Positions 26,585 to 39,034 of a DNA stretch of 64,000 bases are shown in pieces. The DNA comes from Octopus vulgaris. Taxonomy: Eukaryota. Each line of letters starts with the position of its first letter. Within the stretch, counting starts at the first letter, position 1. The notes below the pieces were generated by a model. It searched no databases. It was not told the DNA's origin and saw only the letters and a program-made list of their open reading frames with translations. The stretch lies in contig OX597817.1 in the NCBI GenBank assembly GCA_951406725.2, forward strand, positions 133,672,001 through 133,736,000, given 5' to 3'. The translations under genes were made by a program, and so were the position numbers.

Positions 26585-27150
26585 GGTTTCATTTATTTGC
26601 CTTAAGAGCGAAGGATGAGGGGGACAATACAGTGACAGACATAAAGTGTTGGGTTTTACATAGAATGAAATTATAAAAAGAAAAGTAAGTATACATGGTA
26701 TACACTGAAAAAAAGGGACATATGCATAGAATGCAAATGTAAAAAAAAATGGCAGGGTGGATGATAGAGATGTGGCCCTCCTTATACAGGAAGGCCTCTA
26801 GGGATAATCAAGGAACCCTACTGTCCAAGATTTCCCTAAAATGCTAGGAGCAAATGCTCTCTCCAATTCCTTCTCTCTAACTCACAGGTATATATAAAAA
26901 TGCCCTTCCAAATGAATTAAGATACCTACACACTGGATGTGGATGTCCTCAAAAAGGAAATGGATATTCTCATCTCCACAATATCAGAGGAACCAACAGC
27001 CTGGTATAAGGCAAATATGAGAGCAACAGTGTCTAACTCCCTTATCCACCAAATGGGCCAATAGCCAAGTGAAAAGCACACACAAGAGTGGTGATATGAA
27101 ATCCTACCACCCAGAAGAAATCAACCAAAAAAGAATGATATGTAAATGTG
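26585..27150 (-). mobile_element. Probable LINE 3' end (Tx1/L1-like, tentative)
   Basis: Minus strand ends GGCAAATAAATGAAACC(ATT)n. A similar terminus lies at 51320. A decayed HFYIYL*VREKELERAF...W stretch loosely resembles an ORF2 C-terminus. Confidence 0.4.
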
Positions 27151-27404
27151 CAAAATGAAGGTGGTGCTCCAGCATGACCACAGCCACATGGTTGAAACAA
27201 ATAAGGAATAAAAGAATATATATATATATCATCAGTAGTATTTTTTAATGTTCCCTTCTCTATGTTTTTCCATGCTTGCATGGGTTAGATGAAATTCATT
27301 AAGGCAGATTTTCTACAGCCGACATCATCCAGACATGCAAAACATTGTATCTGTAACCATTTTAACTATTAACTACTGCTGCTGGGAATAACATCAGTGA
27401 CAAG

Positions 27405-27552
27405 TTGTAGTAGAAGTGCTGGTGGTAGTGTTGGCAGTGTTGATGAGTGAAGCGGCAGCAGTTGTAGTAGCAGAGGTAGTAGTAGTTGCAGTAGAAGCAA
27501 CATTGCTGGTGGTAGTAATAATTCAATTATTCTACCATTAGCAACACTAACT

Positions 27553-27595
<43 letters not shown>

Positions 27596-27770
27596 TAGTA
27601 GTAGTGGTAGTAGTAGTAGTGATAGCAGTAGGTGAAGTGTACCAGTAATAGTAACAGTAGCAGTAGTAGGAGCAACAACAGTCGTAGTTGTAGTAGCCAT
27701 AGTATCAACGGCAATAGCAGTAAGTCCACTATCAACAGCAGCAGCAGCAGCAGCAGTAGCAGTAGCAGCT
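27405..27770. repeat. Degenerate (AGT)n/(AGC)n trinucleotide tract
   Basis: Visible directly. Confidence 0.9.
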
Positions 27771-28295
27771 GTATTCTGTGTAGTGATTTGTGCAGCAAGC
27801 CATAAGCCAAACTGTAGCAGAAAAGTCTTCAAGTGTCATGACTGCAACCTGTCAGACAGACGATGCACTGTTCTTCAGCCTTGCAAGCTCACAAGATGGT
27901 AATTTAAACTGGATTTGTCATTAGACACTAACCCTAATCTCTTCCTAAGCTGATTGTTTGAGCTACATCAGCTTTTATATTTTGTCTTTACTTTGTATTT
28001 TTTTTTGTTTTTTTGTTTTTTCAACAACAACATCTTAATCCAAAACCTAATTTCTCCTAATTTCTCTAACCTCCAACGGCTGTGATTTCTGAATCTATGT
28101 TTAAATTCAAGGAGTCAGGTAAGAAAGAGGCAGAAAAATGAACTAAGTAATAATAATAATGAGGATGATGATAATTTCTTTATAAATCACAATAATAAAT
28201 GTGTGTGTATCTGTATGTGTATATATACGTGTGTGTGTGTATATATATATATATGTGTGTATATATATATGTGTGTATATATATATATATGTGCA

Positions 28296-28328
<33 letters not shown>

Positions 28329-30760
28329 TGGTATATACCCACATCTATATGCATATGTATATGTGTATGTATGTGTATAGGTATGTTTACATACATGTGC
28401 TTGCATGTTTATCAGCAGCAGCAATAATTTCTGATGCTTGAGCATAGATGTTCAAGTAAGTGGTTTGGGAAGAGTTGACTCTATCAACACCAGTATGTTA
28501 CTGGTATCAGTTTAGCCAGCCTTGGTGCAGAGTAGAAGTGAATGAAAAGCAAAGTTGACTCTCAAAGGATTTGATCTTGGAACCAAGAAGACTAAAATCA
28601 AATAATGTAATGTATTTAGTGTGACATGCTCCCCTTGCAGCAATCTAAATTACTAAACACACATGTATATATTTTAAGTAGACATACTGAATCCTCTAAG
28701 GCACTCCTTAATTGAAAATAGGGGCACATGTTCATCATGAGTGCTGTTATCTCCTCTATAGCAAGACACCTGCCTCTGTACCCCTAACATAAAGCTACCT
28801 CCCCATCCAGTTAAAGGGACTTCTTTTAGTTTGTCTTGTAAGTTACCTAGCAACCTCCCTAGTGCTGGTATCATGGAAAAAAAAACAACACCCAGGACAT
28901 TTTGGGAAGTCATTGGGATTATGAAGGGCTTCTGGCCATAGAAACCTTGCCAGAGCAGACACTGACACAGTTATCTGGTTCATTGGATTCTGTCAAACTG
29001 TCCATCTCACACCAATAAGGAAATTAGCTGTTAAATGATGATGATGATTGTGATGATGATGATGATGATGATATATCATTTGTTTGATATTATTAATCAT
29101 ATAACACTCTCATTTGTGGTCATTCAGCTACAGGTTATTCAACCTCTTATGCATTTATCTGTTTGTTTCACTGTCAATTATTGAGCTATCAGCTCATCCT
29201 TGATACAACTCATGAAACATCTCAACTCATCAAACATCTTCCTCTTCTTCCCTATCACACCTTAGGTTCCTTCACCATTTACTAGCATGCAGCTAATGTG
29301 ACAATTCCAAAACATTTGATTCTTCACACCAAATATCAGTTGAATCTATCCATCTCCCCTTTATTTCTGAAATTCTGTTCTTTTCTTTTTTTTTTGCTTC
29401 TTTATTGATAAAAGGGTGCATAAAAACCTCTTTTAGATTGAAGGAGGATCTAGTTCATTATATATACCCTACTTATTATGTTCTTTATTAGCTGCAGGTC
29501 AATCTGGCCTGAATAGATATATGAACAAATGTGTTCCATATATGAACTATCCTATTATTTTTTCATTAAAATACTATATTTAAGACTCTTATTTAATCTG
29601 TACTTTCTTTTTCTTTTTTAATAATTGCAAATGGTTTGGCTACATCTTGTAGCAGATTGATTAACCATATATAAGCTCCCTTAATTAATAGACCAGTGGG
29701 AAAAGTTTTATAAAAAATAATAATCTCACAAAAATGTTGTAAAAACTCCCTTTTATATCTGCAAACTATACAGGCTATAAATACTAGTATTTGATAAATC
29801 AAGGAGAAAAATAGATATGAAAATAATTTTTAACAACGAGATGTATACATTATTCTCTTAAGCCATTCATGTATTTAGTAAATATTTTACAATATCCTTA
29901 AATTTTCTAATTAGTGTATTCAAACGACAAAAGAAATCTTTGTTTCTAATTTCCTGTGGAAAACTTTTGGCAAAACTTTCATGAAAACCATGTTGGAATA
30001 ATGGCTTTATTCCCAAGACACAAATCAGATATAAAGTGAACATCATCCTTCGTTTGAAAAATTTGACTTCTCTCCAATGTTCTCTAATGGATTTCAAAGA
30101 GATTGGCTTCAAGAAAAGTTACTTGGTCACTTTGTTATGCAGACACTTATTAGTGCACTCTAAAGAATTTGGACTATCGATAATTTGAAAGTCGAGATAA
30201 TTTGTGCAGAATTGTTTCTTCGGTTTTTTTATATTCTTTTATTGTTGGTTTTTATTACTGTTCTCATTTAGATTATTACTGTTCTTCTTGTTGTTGTTGA
30301 GCATTGATAAATTTGCTATTGTTATTCAGTGTCGGTTGGCTCCAGCCAGCTCTTTAACTGCAGACTTATGTAGCATACACACTTCCGATTTTAATGAAGT
30401 AATGAAAGACACAGTTGGCCGAGACCATAGATTGCTAACCTACTGGCAGAAGAATCAACGATATAAATGAAAGAAAGCGGTTACAGTTGATTAAGCCTGC
30501 CTCACTAATATGCCAGGTTCATCATTTATCAACATCGGAAGAATAAAAGGCAAGATTGACACCATTGGTTTTTCAATTCAAAATGTGGTCAGATATTAAA
30601 AGTACACAGAATTAAGTATGGTGCTGTAATGTGTCTGAAAAATAATAATTGCTTCTACAGGAACAATGGTACATATTTGTAGAGAAGGAATTGTATCAGT
30701 TGAATCAACAGCTCCAGCACACTTAAGTACTTTACGCAATATGCGTTCAGTTCCAAGTAA

Positions 30761-30772
30761 TTATTATTATTA

Positions 30773-30843
<71 letters not shown>

Positions 30844-30864
30844 ATTATTATTATTACTATTATT

Positions 30865-30908
<44 letters not shown>
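30761..30908. repeat. (TTA)n microsatellite
   Basis: Visible directly. Confidence 0.95.
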
Positions 30909-30909
<1 letters not shown>

Positions 30910-31057
30910 AACGTCGCACAGTATACAATATCGTGAGGTTGTTCATTGAAGATATTGTCTCTACCAGGTGTTTGTACTGTTTGTCCAGTCACTACAAGGA
31001 CCTCAGACAGACAATGCTTTACACAATATGCATGCAGTTCCAAGTTATTATTATTAA

Positions 31058-31697
31058 CGCGGCAAGCTAGCAGAATCATTAGCTCGCTGGACATAATGCT
31101 TATCAGTATTTCATCCATCACTACATTTCGAGTTCAAATTCTGTCTAGGCCAACTTTGCCTTTCATCCTTTCGGTGTCAATGAAATAAGTACCAGTTACA
31201 CTCCAGGGTTAACGTAGCTGACTAGCCCCCTCCCCCAAAATGTCAGGCCTTGTGCTAGCAGAATTGCTAGTACGACAGGTAAAATGTTTAGCAGCATTTC
31301 ATCCGTCTTTATTTTCTGAGTTCAAATTCTGCTGAGGTTGACTTTGCTTTTAATTCTTTTTGGTGTTAATAAAATAAGTACCAGCTGAACACTGGGTTCG
31401 ATCTAAATGACTAAGCCCCTACCCTGAAATTGCTAGTCTTGTGCCAACATTTGAAACCATTATTATTATTATTATTATTATTATTAAGGTGGTGAGCTAG
31501 CAGTAATCATTACTATGCTGGACAAAATGCTTAGCAGCATTTAGTCCATTTCTATGTTCTGACTTTAAATTTTGCTGGGGTCAATTTTTGCCTTTCATCT
31601 TTTCAGGGTTGATAAAATAAGCACCAGTTGAACTCTGGAGTTGATGAAATTGACTTACCCCTCCCCCTAAATTGCTGGCATTGTGCCAAAATTTGAA
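31058..31697 (+). mobile_element. Three head-to-tail SINE family A copies
   Basis: Copies at about 31058-31255, 31255-31459 and 31486-31697; the second and third are separated by (TTA)n. Confidence 0.85.
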
Positions 31698-32711
31698 ATT
31701 ATTTTTATTATCTTTATTATTATTATTATTGTTATTATTATTACACAATAACAAGAACATGATACAATTTGTAATAAACAGAGATTAACAATATTTCAAC
31801 AGTGTCTGGTCTTATTGAGTTCGAGATGAAAAATGATTTGCAGAAATACAAAAATTCAAAATTTGAACTGGAATATCCTGCAATCCTTTTTAGACAAAAT
31901 TACATCAATTTTCACTTTTTCATAACTAGTAACAAGGAAAAAGTTGAAAAAAAAAAAAAGGAAGAAGAAAAAAGAAAAGCAGGAAAGAGAACATTATCAA
32001 GATGTTTTGTGCAAATGTGATGGAATTCTGTTGTTTTCTTCATTCTTTCAGGGTGTGATGTTTTAGACTCACAAATTGTATTGCACTCTTCTTAATATGT
32101 ATTTACCTTCACGAAGAGTCATGTCAATCTTCATAAATTGTTGTTGTTATCATTATTGTATATATTTTCATTTTACCATGCTGGCATGGGTTGGATGGTT
32201 CAACCTCATCTATTGGTTTAGAGGTACACATTAGGTACCATTGTCTCATTTTTGGCATGGTTTCTACAATCAGAAGCCCTTCTTAATAACGGTCACATTA
32301 CAAAGTGTATTGAATACATTTTTCCTGGCATCAACAGGCTGCTTTGATGATGGCAAGATTAAAGGGATCTTTCAAACACTTTCTTGTTGTTTCTTGATCT
32401 GATCTACCAACCATCTACTATCTACTGTGCGGTTTTTGTCACATTACCTTGTAGCTGCCAAAGTGAGAGAGAGAGATAACATGCACAAATAGACACACCA
32501 AACGTATATATGTGAGTACATTGAAACTCTTCATACTAACAGAATGATTCTATCAGTATAATAAATAGTTACATTTCATTTCCACCATTTTTAAAACTTT
32601 TACCATTTGATTGTAAACTCAGACATGCTTGCATATATATATGTGTGTGTGTCTGTGTGTGTGTATATATATTTATATATATATATATATATAGATAGAT
32701 AGATAGATAGG

Positions 32712-32750
<39 letters not shown>

Positions 32751-32879
32751 AGAATTTAAATGTTAAAAGAATAAGAAATTATGTCATGAACTTCATCAGC
32801 TTATAACTTTTTGTTTTTGCTATAAGATATAATGCACACACAGTTGAATGCTTGTGTATCACCTCATAGCTTTATTGGA

Positions 32880-33330
32880 GATAATGCAAAGATCCTATGG
32901 GATTTTATGATTCAGTGCGACCATGAGATAGAGAATAGGAAACCAGACATAGTGTCAATTGAGAAAGAAAGCAAACGATGCTGGATCATAGATATATAGC
33001 ATGTCCAGATGACAACAAGGTATTCGATAAGGAAGAAAGAAAAGTTGAGAGATAAGACAGGTTAGCTTGGGAGGCTAAGCAGTTGTGGTCACTGAAAATG
33101 GTGGTAGTAGTACCAATAATTGTCGGGGCCCTGGGAACAGTGAGTAAAAATCTTGAGAAGTACATGGAACAATAAGGGTCAAGCACTTGCAGAAAACAGC
33201 ACTGCTTGGAATCGCTCAAATACTCCAGATGGTGTTCAAAAAATAAGGGGTGTTACATTTGTTCACTGGTAATGAACAGTTGGCACCATAGTACATCTCT
33301 AGCATTAGATTCTGTGCAAAGACAATAAAT
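32880..33330 (+). pseudogene. R4/Dong-clade LINE 3' fragment (restriction-like endonuclease domain)
   Basis: DNAKILWDFMIQCDHEIENRKPDIVSIEKESKRCWIIDI/ACPDDNKVFDKEERKVER*DRLAWEAKQLWSLKMVVVVPIIVGALGTVSKNL..LQKTALLGIAQIL. PD..D RLE motif, one frameshift, stops, TAA tail. Confidence 0.9.
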
Positions 33331-33344
33331 AATAATGGTAATAA

Positions 33345-33558
33345 TACTTTCTGTTATAGGCACAAGACCTGAAATTTGAGGAGAGGAGACTAGTCAATTA
33401 CATCAACTCCTGTGTTTCACTGATACTTAATTTATCGACCACAAAACGATGAAAGGCAAAGTCAACCTCAGCAGAATTTGAACTCAGAACATAGCAATGG
33501 GTGAAATATTGCTAAGCCTTTTGTTCAGCATGCTAACAATTATGTTAGCTTGCCACCT
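33345..33558 (-). mobile_element. SINE family A
   Basis: Colinear with other copies; sits in the TAA tail of the Dong-like fragment. Confidence 0.85.
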
Positions 33559-35759
33559 TAATAATAATGATAAAAATAACAATAATAATAATGATAATAA
33601 CAACAACAACACTAATACACACACACACACACACACATATATATATTTATATATGTACACATACACATGTGTACACATATACATGTGTACACATACACAG
33701 TCAACTATTGATATATATATAGATGGGTAGATCAGATATACTTTATGTACAGTATTTTTCCTAATTATGAAGTTGTAGCTGTATTTTGATTGTATTAATA
33801 AGTCAAATTAAAATGACAGCTGTGTTTCTAACTGGGCCACACTAGATGTAATTACTTCAACTGTGATAATTTTGGGTTTCAATAGAAAACATCAAATGTT
33901 AGTAAAATATGGTGGTTATTGTCCTTTAATTGCATTAATTAATATATAGCAAATAATGTTTAATTTTCTGTTTATTTATCTGTCTCTCTAAACCCATCCA
34001 TCCACCCATCTACTCGCTTAAAAGCCACTCTCTGTGTAGATTTTAAAACTAGCTCCTGCAGAGGGCTAATTTGGCTAATAGGGATAATAGGACCCAAAAC
34101 TGAGGAGAGCAATAATAATAAAAGTTCTACTGGTACCCTACCATCTCAGATTTATATCACAGAGTATCACATTTGGAGAATTTTGTATCACTGTGGCTTT
34201 GGAAAACAGCAGGATAAACAACATTCTTGGTTTTACCATTTGGTGTGAGTACAAAGAGATTGTTGCCATTTCCAACTCTGGAATAACCAAAATAGAGCTG
34301 ACTGTGGGAAAATCACTGCTGCATGAGGTGAAGTCCAACAATTTTCAGTGATTGTCCTTGACTCCTGTTAATTGTATTATTGTAGGTAACAGAGGTAACT
34401 GTTACAAAGTTTTGTATTAAATTCAAAGAGTTTTGGTCAGTTTTCTATCACAAAATGCGACATTTATTATTATAGCTAAGGGAAGTGATTTTTGTAAACC
34501 ATTTGAAACCTCTTGCAGTTTCCTTATCTGCTAGAAATAGTAGCCCAAATGCTCTTACATCAAATCCCAATGCTGAATGTTCAAGAACCAAACGAAGGTC
34601 AGATTTTCAATCTTGGCATCATCCTGATTCCCAAAAAGGTATAATATGTTTATGTAGAGCAAATGTAAACTGAGGTACAGGGGATCCAGACAGACAGAAT
34701 TTCACTGTGTGTATGTGTGTGTTGTCATTCTTGTTTTGACTTTGACCTTCACTTTTCCATGCTGGCATGGATTGGATAAGATGTTTTGAGACAGTATTTG
34801 CTACTGGATACTCTTCCGGACACCAGCATTTACTTGTTTTTAAGTAAGGTATTTTATTCCATGTCTTCACCATGTCAAACTACTGAACCACTTGACATTT
34901 TGTTTACATGGGTTATCAATATGTCACTGCTGTCAAAGTGTTGTTGTCAATTTGAAGACAGACAGACATGTGCACACACACACACACAAACATCCTCCTC
35001 TTCCACCTTCTCCTCCTCATCATCATATTATAACATCTACTTTTCTATGCCTGCATTGATTGGATGGAATTTGTGAGACTGACTTTTAACAACCAGATGT
35101 CCTTGTCGCCAACCCTCACCATTTTGTAAATATGAAATAGTTAAAATAAAACGAAATAAAAAATGAAGATCAGTAGAAATATAAGTGAAAAAAAGAAATG
35201 AATGAGAACACATAAAGGTAAGTGGGTGAAGGAGAAGATTGGAAAAATAGGAAGTGTACAAAAAAAACTTCAAAGGAGAGATGAGGATAGAAGGACTGTA
35301 TTGTGAGGGTCAGTATTTTAATTCAATTCTTGAAGATGACACTTGGAAAAGCAGGAGTGAGTAATCCTTTGAGCTACATTAGTAACACCTAGTGGATAAA
35401 TGAAAAGATGAGCAACAAATACTGACCATCACTATACATTCCTTGTACACCCTTCCCTCCTTCAACTCTCTTTTCTACATTACCCTCTTTTTCTCTTTTC
35501 CCACTCACCTACCTACCTTTATACATTTATTTTTTCATTTATTTTTTCACTTATTTTTCTATTGATCTTCATTTTATTTTGTTTGTATGTATATAGGTAA
35601 TGTTTTGTATGTGTATGTATGTCTGCAGCATCTGTTTATTTACTTACTGTTTTATTCATTCATTTATTTATTTAGTCTTACTTTTTATCCTGTTTGCTAC
35701 TATGTTCAGGTTTTTCTTTCTTCCTTTTCTCTCTCCACTACTTTCTTTCTATTTCCTTT

Positions 35760-35806
<47 letters not shown>

Positions 35807-35807
35807 G

Positions 35808-35847
<40 letters not shown>

Positions 35848-36359
35848 GATATATAATTATGGGTATGAGCACTCAGCCCATTCTGCAGAGTGGTTGGTGT
35901 TAGGAAGGGAATCTAACCATAGAAACCCTGCCAAAACAGACACAGAAGCATGATGCAGGCTTCTTCCTGGCCAACTCCTGTCAAATCGTCCAGCCCATGT
36001 CAGCATAGAAGGCAGACGTTAAAAACGATAATGATGTGCATGTATCTATATATATATCATCATCATCATATATATATATATATACACACACACAATAGGC
36101 ATCTGTACAGCTTCTGTCTACCAAGCTTTACACTCACAAATGCTTTGTTCACACTGATTCTGTTGCAAAAGACACTGACCAAAAGGGTCATGCAGTGATA
36201 CTGAACCCCAAACAACATCCTCATGAAGTATGCTTTTAACCACACAACCATATATGCACTGCATATGTCTATCATCATCACCATCATCGTTTAACATCTG
36301 CTCTCCATGCTGGCATAGGTTAGATGGTTTGACTGGAGCTGATGAGCCGGAGAGCTCAG

Positions 36360-36860
36360 TATTTTTCCTTCTTTGTAAGCTTGGTACTTATTCTGTTAGT
36401 CTCTTTTTTTAATAAGCTGCTAAGTTATGGAGATGTAAACATACCAAGACCAATTGCTGAGCAGTGGTGTAGGACAAACACAGACACCAAGATACACACA
36501 CACATCTATCTTTTTCTTGTTTCAGTCATTAGACTGTGGTCATGCTGGGGCACCACCTTGAAGAATTTTTAGTCAAATGAATTGGTCCCAGTACTTATTT
36601 GTTAAGCCTGGCACTTATTTTATTGGTCTCTTTTACTGAACTGCTAAGTTATGGGGGACATAAACACATCAAACAAGTGATTGTGGGGACAAAAACACAC
36701 ACACAAACACACACACATATATATACACGGCCGGTGTCTTTCAGTTTCCATCCATGAAATCCACTCACAAGGCTGTAGTCAGCCAAAGGCTATTGTAGAA
36801 GATATTTGCCCAAGGTATGGGATTGATCCTGGAACCATGTCACTGGGAATCAAACTACTC
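36360..36860 (-). mobile_element. Two stacked SINE family B pieces
   Basis: The CTGCTAAGTTATGG..ACAAACACA block occurs twice, followed by the tRNA head. Confidence 0.75.
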
Positions 36861-37921
36861 ACCAGATTTAACTTCTGGTCAATTCTAACTGAGCGGGTCT
36901 ATGATCAAATGTGCTCCAAATGTGACCTAACACGCTCTTTCTAAGATAGTAGCATGTTATTCAAGAAATATTTGGTTGCTATTTCAAGCAGGTTGTAGTA
37001 TCACATAAATGCTCCCTCGTTGGTTCAGTCACCCTTGGTTAACTGCAGTGGTGTTGGTTACAGGTTCAGAACAGGCCAAACCACAGGTTTACTGCATTTC
37101 TGACAGCAACCACGACAAAGGAATGCTTGTAACTCAGTGCAGGAAAAATATTACGCAAGTCTTCATTCACAGAGTTACAATTTTCTCCTTTTTTAGTTTT
37201 CCTCTCGATATTTACATTTTCCATACATTTACAACACACACATACACTTGCATACTCATATACACATGGTTACATCATATCTATTTGACAAATTCCTGAG
37301 TTTGTTGGCAGTTACTTGGCAAGATGCCCCAAACTCAGATCAAACTCAGAGCCATGTTGTTTTGAAGTGTAATTCTTAACCGCATAGTTGTGCTTGCACA
37401 CATTAAAACCCACTTTAAATCAAAGATTGTATATAGTGAGTCCATTGATAAAATATTTATCAATATTAGTTTTGCTAATAACAGCAGTTTTTCATTATAT
37501 AAAACAATAAAAACAGTCAGCAATCCAAGTTAGATATTTTGAGGAACTGCAGTTTTATATACATTTACTTAAGTTTGAAGGTATTATGAAAAAGACACAT
37601 CTTAAGCCTGCCAAATTACAATATTTCATTTTCAGTAAAAACAGTCACTGAATACTAAAAGCATACTTCAAAATAATTCTATCACACTTTACCATTTTTT
37701 TTTTTCCTATCAGTATAGCACAAACAATATTTTCCCTTTCATATTTGTTTGACAAATTAAAATAAATGTTTCTTGAGATGCTAAAGGCCATAAGAATTAA
37801 AAAAAGAAGTCTTTGAAATCTTTCAAAAATGAATTCTTCCTTGAAACACAGACTTTTATTACCACAAGCCTAGAGAAAATATTTTAGCATAAAGGTTGTT
37901 TTTTTTTTAATATCATTATTA

Positions 37922-37970
<49 letters not shown>

Positions 37971-38587
37971 CATCATCATCATCATATGTATTTGTTTGTT
38001 CTTGCTACATTGAGCAGTTTCATATTTTAATGTTTGCTTCTTTGTCATCATTTCTGAATTTATTTTTGAGGAAAAATTTCATCTGAACTCATAATCAATG
38101 TTAATATATTTATATTTGCCAATGTAGCTGCATTATTGTTAATATTATATTATACATATTATTGTATTGTGCATGTTATTGTTGTCAATTTAAATATATT
38201 GTTATTCCAGCAACTAGGTCTGCAATGCAATTTTCATTGCATTTTGTATACAACAACAATTATATTGAATTAATTTGAATAGTTTTGAAAGGGCTGGATG
38301 CTGGCAAAGTTCTTTGAAAGAGGATGACAATAGAATACAAAAAAACAAAAATATAAAACGTTCACGAACCACTGCCTTATGATATGTGAAGCTTCATGCT
38401 ATATTAACCAGAATAATCCAACTTGTTTTTGTATAATTAATATATCGAAGAGAGAGAGAGAAATTCCTAGTTTTCAATTTTCTGTTTTTCACACTGGCAT
38501 TATGTGGAATATATTATTATCTTTAGAAACTGATTAATCAGCACATTTTCTTAAGCATAATGTATACAACTATATACAATAGTGAAA

Positions 38588-39034
38588 GCATGGCTGTATA
38601 ATAAGAAGTCTGCCTCCCAATCACATGGTTCTGAGTTCAGTCCCACTGCTTGGCACCCTGGGCAATTGACTTTCCACTGTAGCTTTGGGCCGGCCAGGGC
38701 CCTGTAAGTGGATTTAGTGGACAGGGACATATGTATGTGTGTGTCTTTGTGTCCATGTTTGTTACCCTCCCAGGCACGAGGCCAGGCAAGATTGTTTGTG
38801 GAAGACCAGCAGTCGCCCATGCATACCGGCCTCCCCTCTCCATGCCACCAGCATTATCCAAGGGATAAGGCAAAGAGCGATACAGCTTTCTACATTTCTA
38901 CAGCTGAGTGAACTGGTGCAATGTGAAATAAAGTGTCTTGCTCAAGAACACAACACGCAGCCCGGTCTGGGATTCGAATTCACAATCTCACAATCACAAG
39001 CTCGATGCTCTAACCACTGAGCCATGCGCCTTCA
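38588..39034. mobile_element. Family B head (+) abutting a family E-type SINE (-)
   Basis: Plus-strand head GCATGGCTGTAT..GAGTTCAGTCCC; minus-strand head GAAGGCGCATGGCTCAGTGGTTAGAGC..GAATTCGAATCCC. Confidence 0.75.

Noticed and set aside
30666-31121. Poly-Y and poly-I ORFs
   Set aside because: (TTA)n microsatellite.
34150-34244. Plus-strand exon candidate (ctcag ... gtgagt)
   Set aside because: Weak polypyrimidine tract and donor context; no recognisable peptide in the two open frames.
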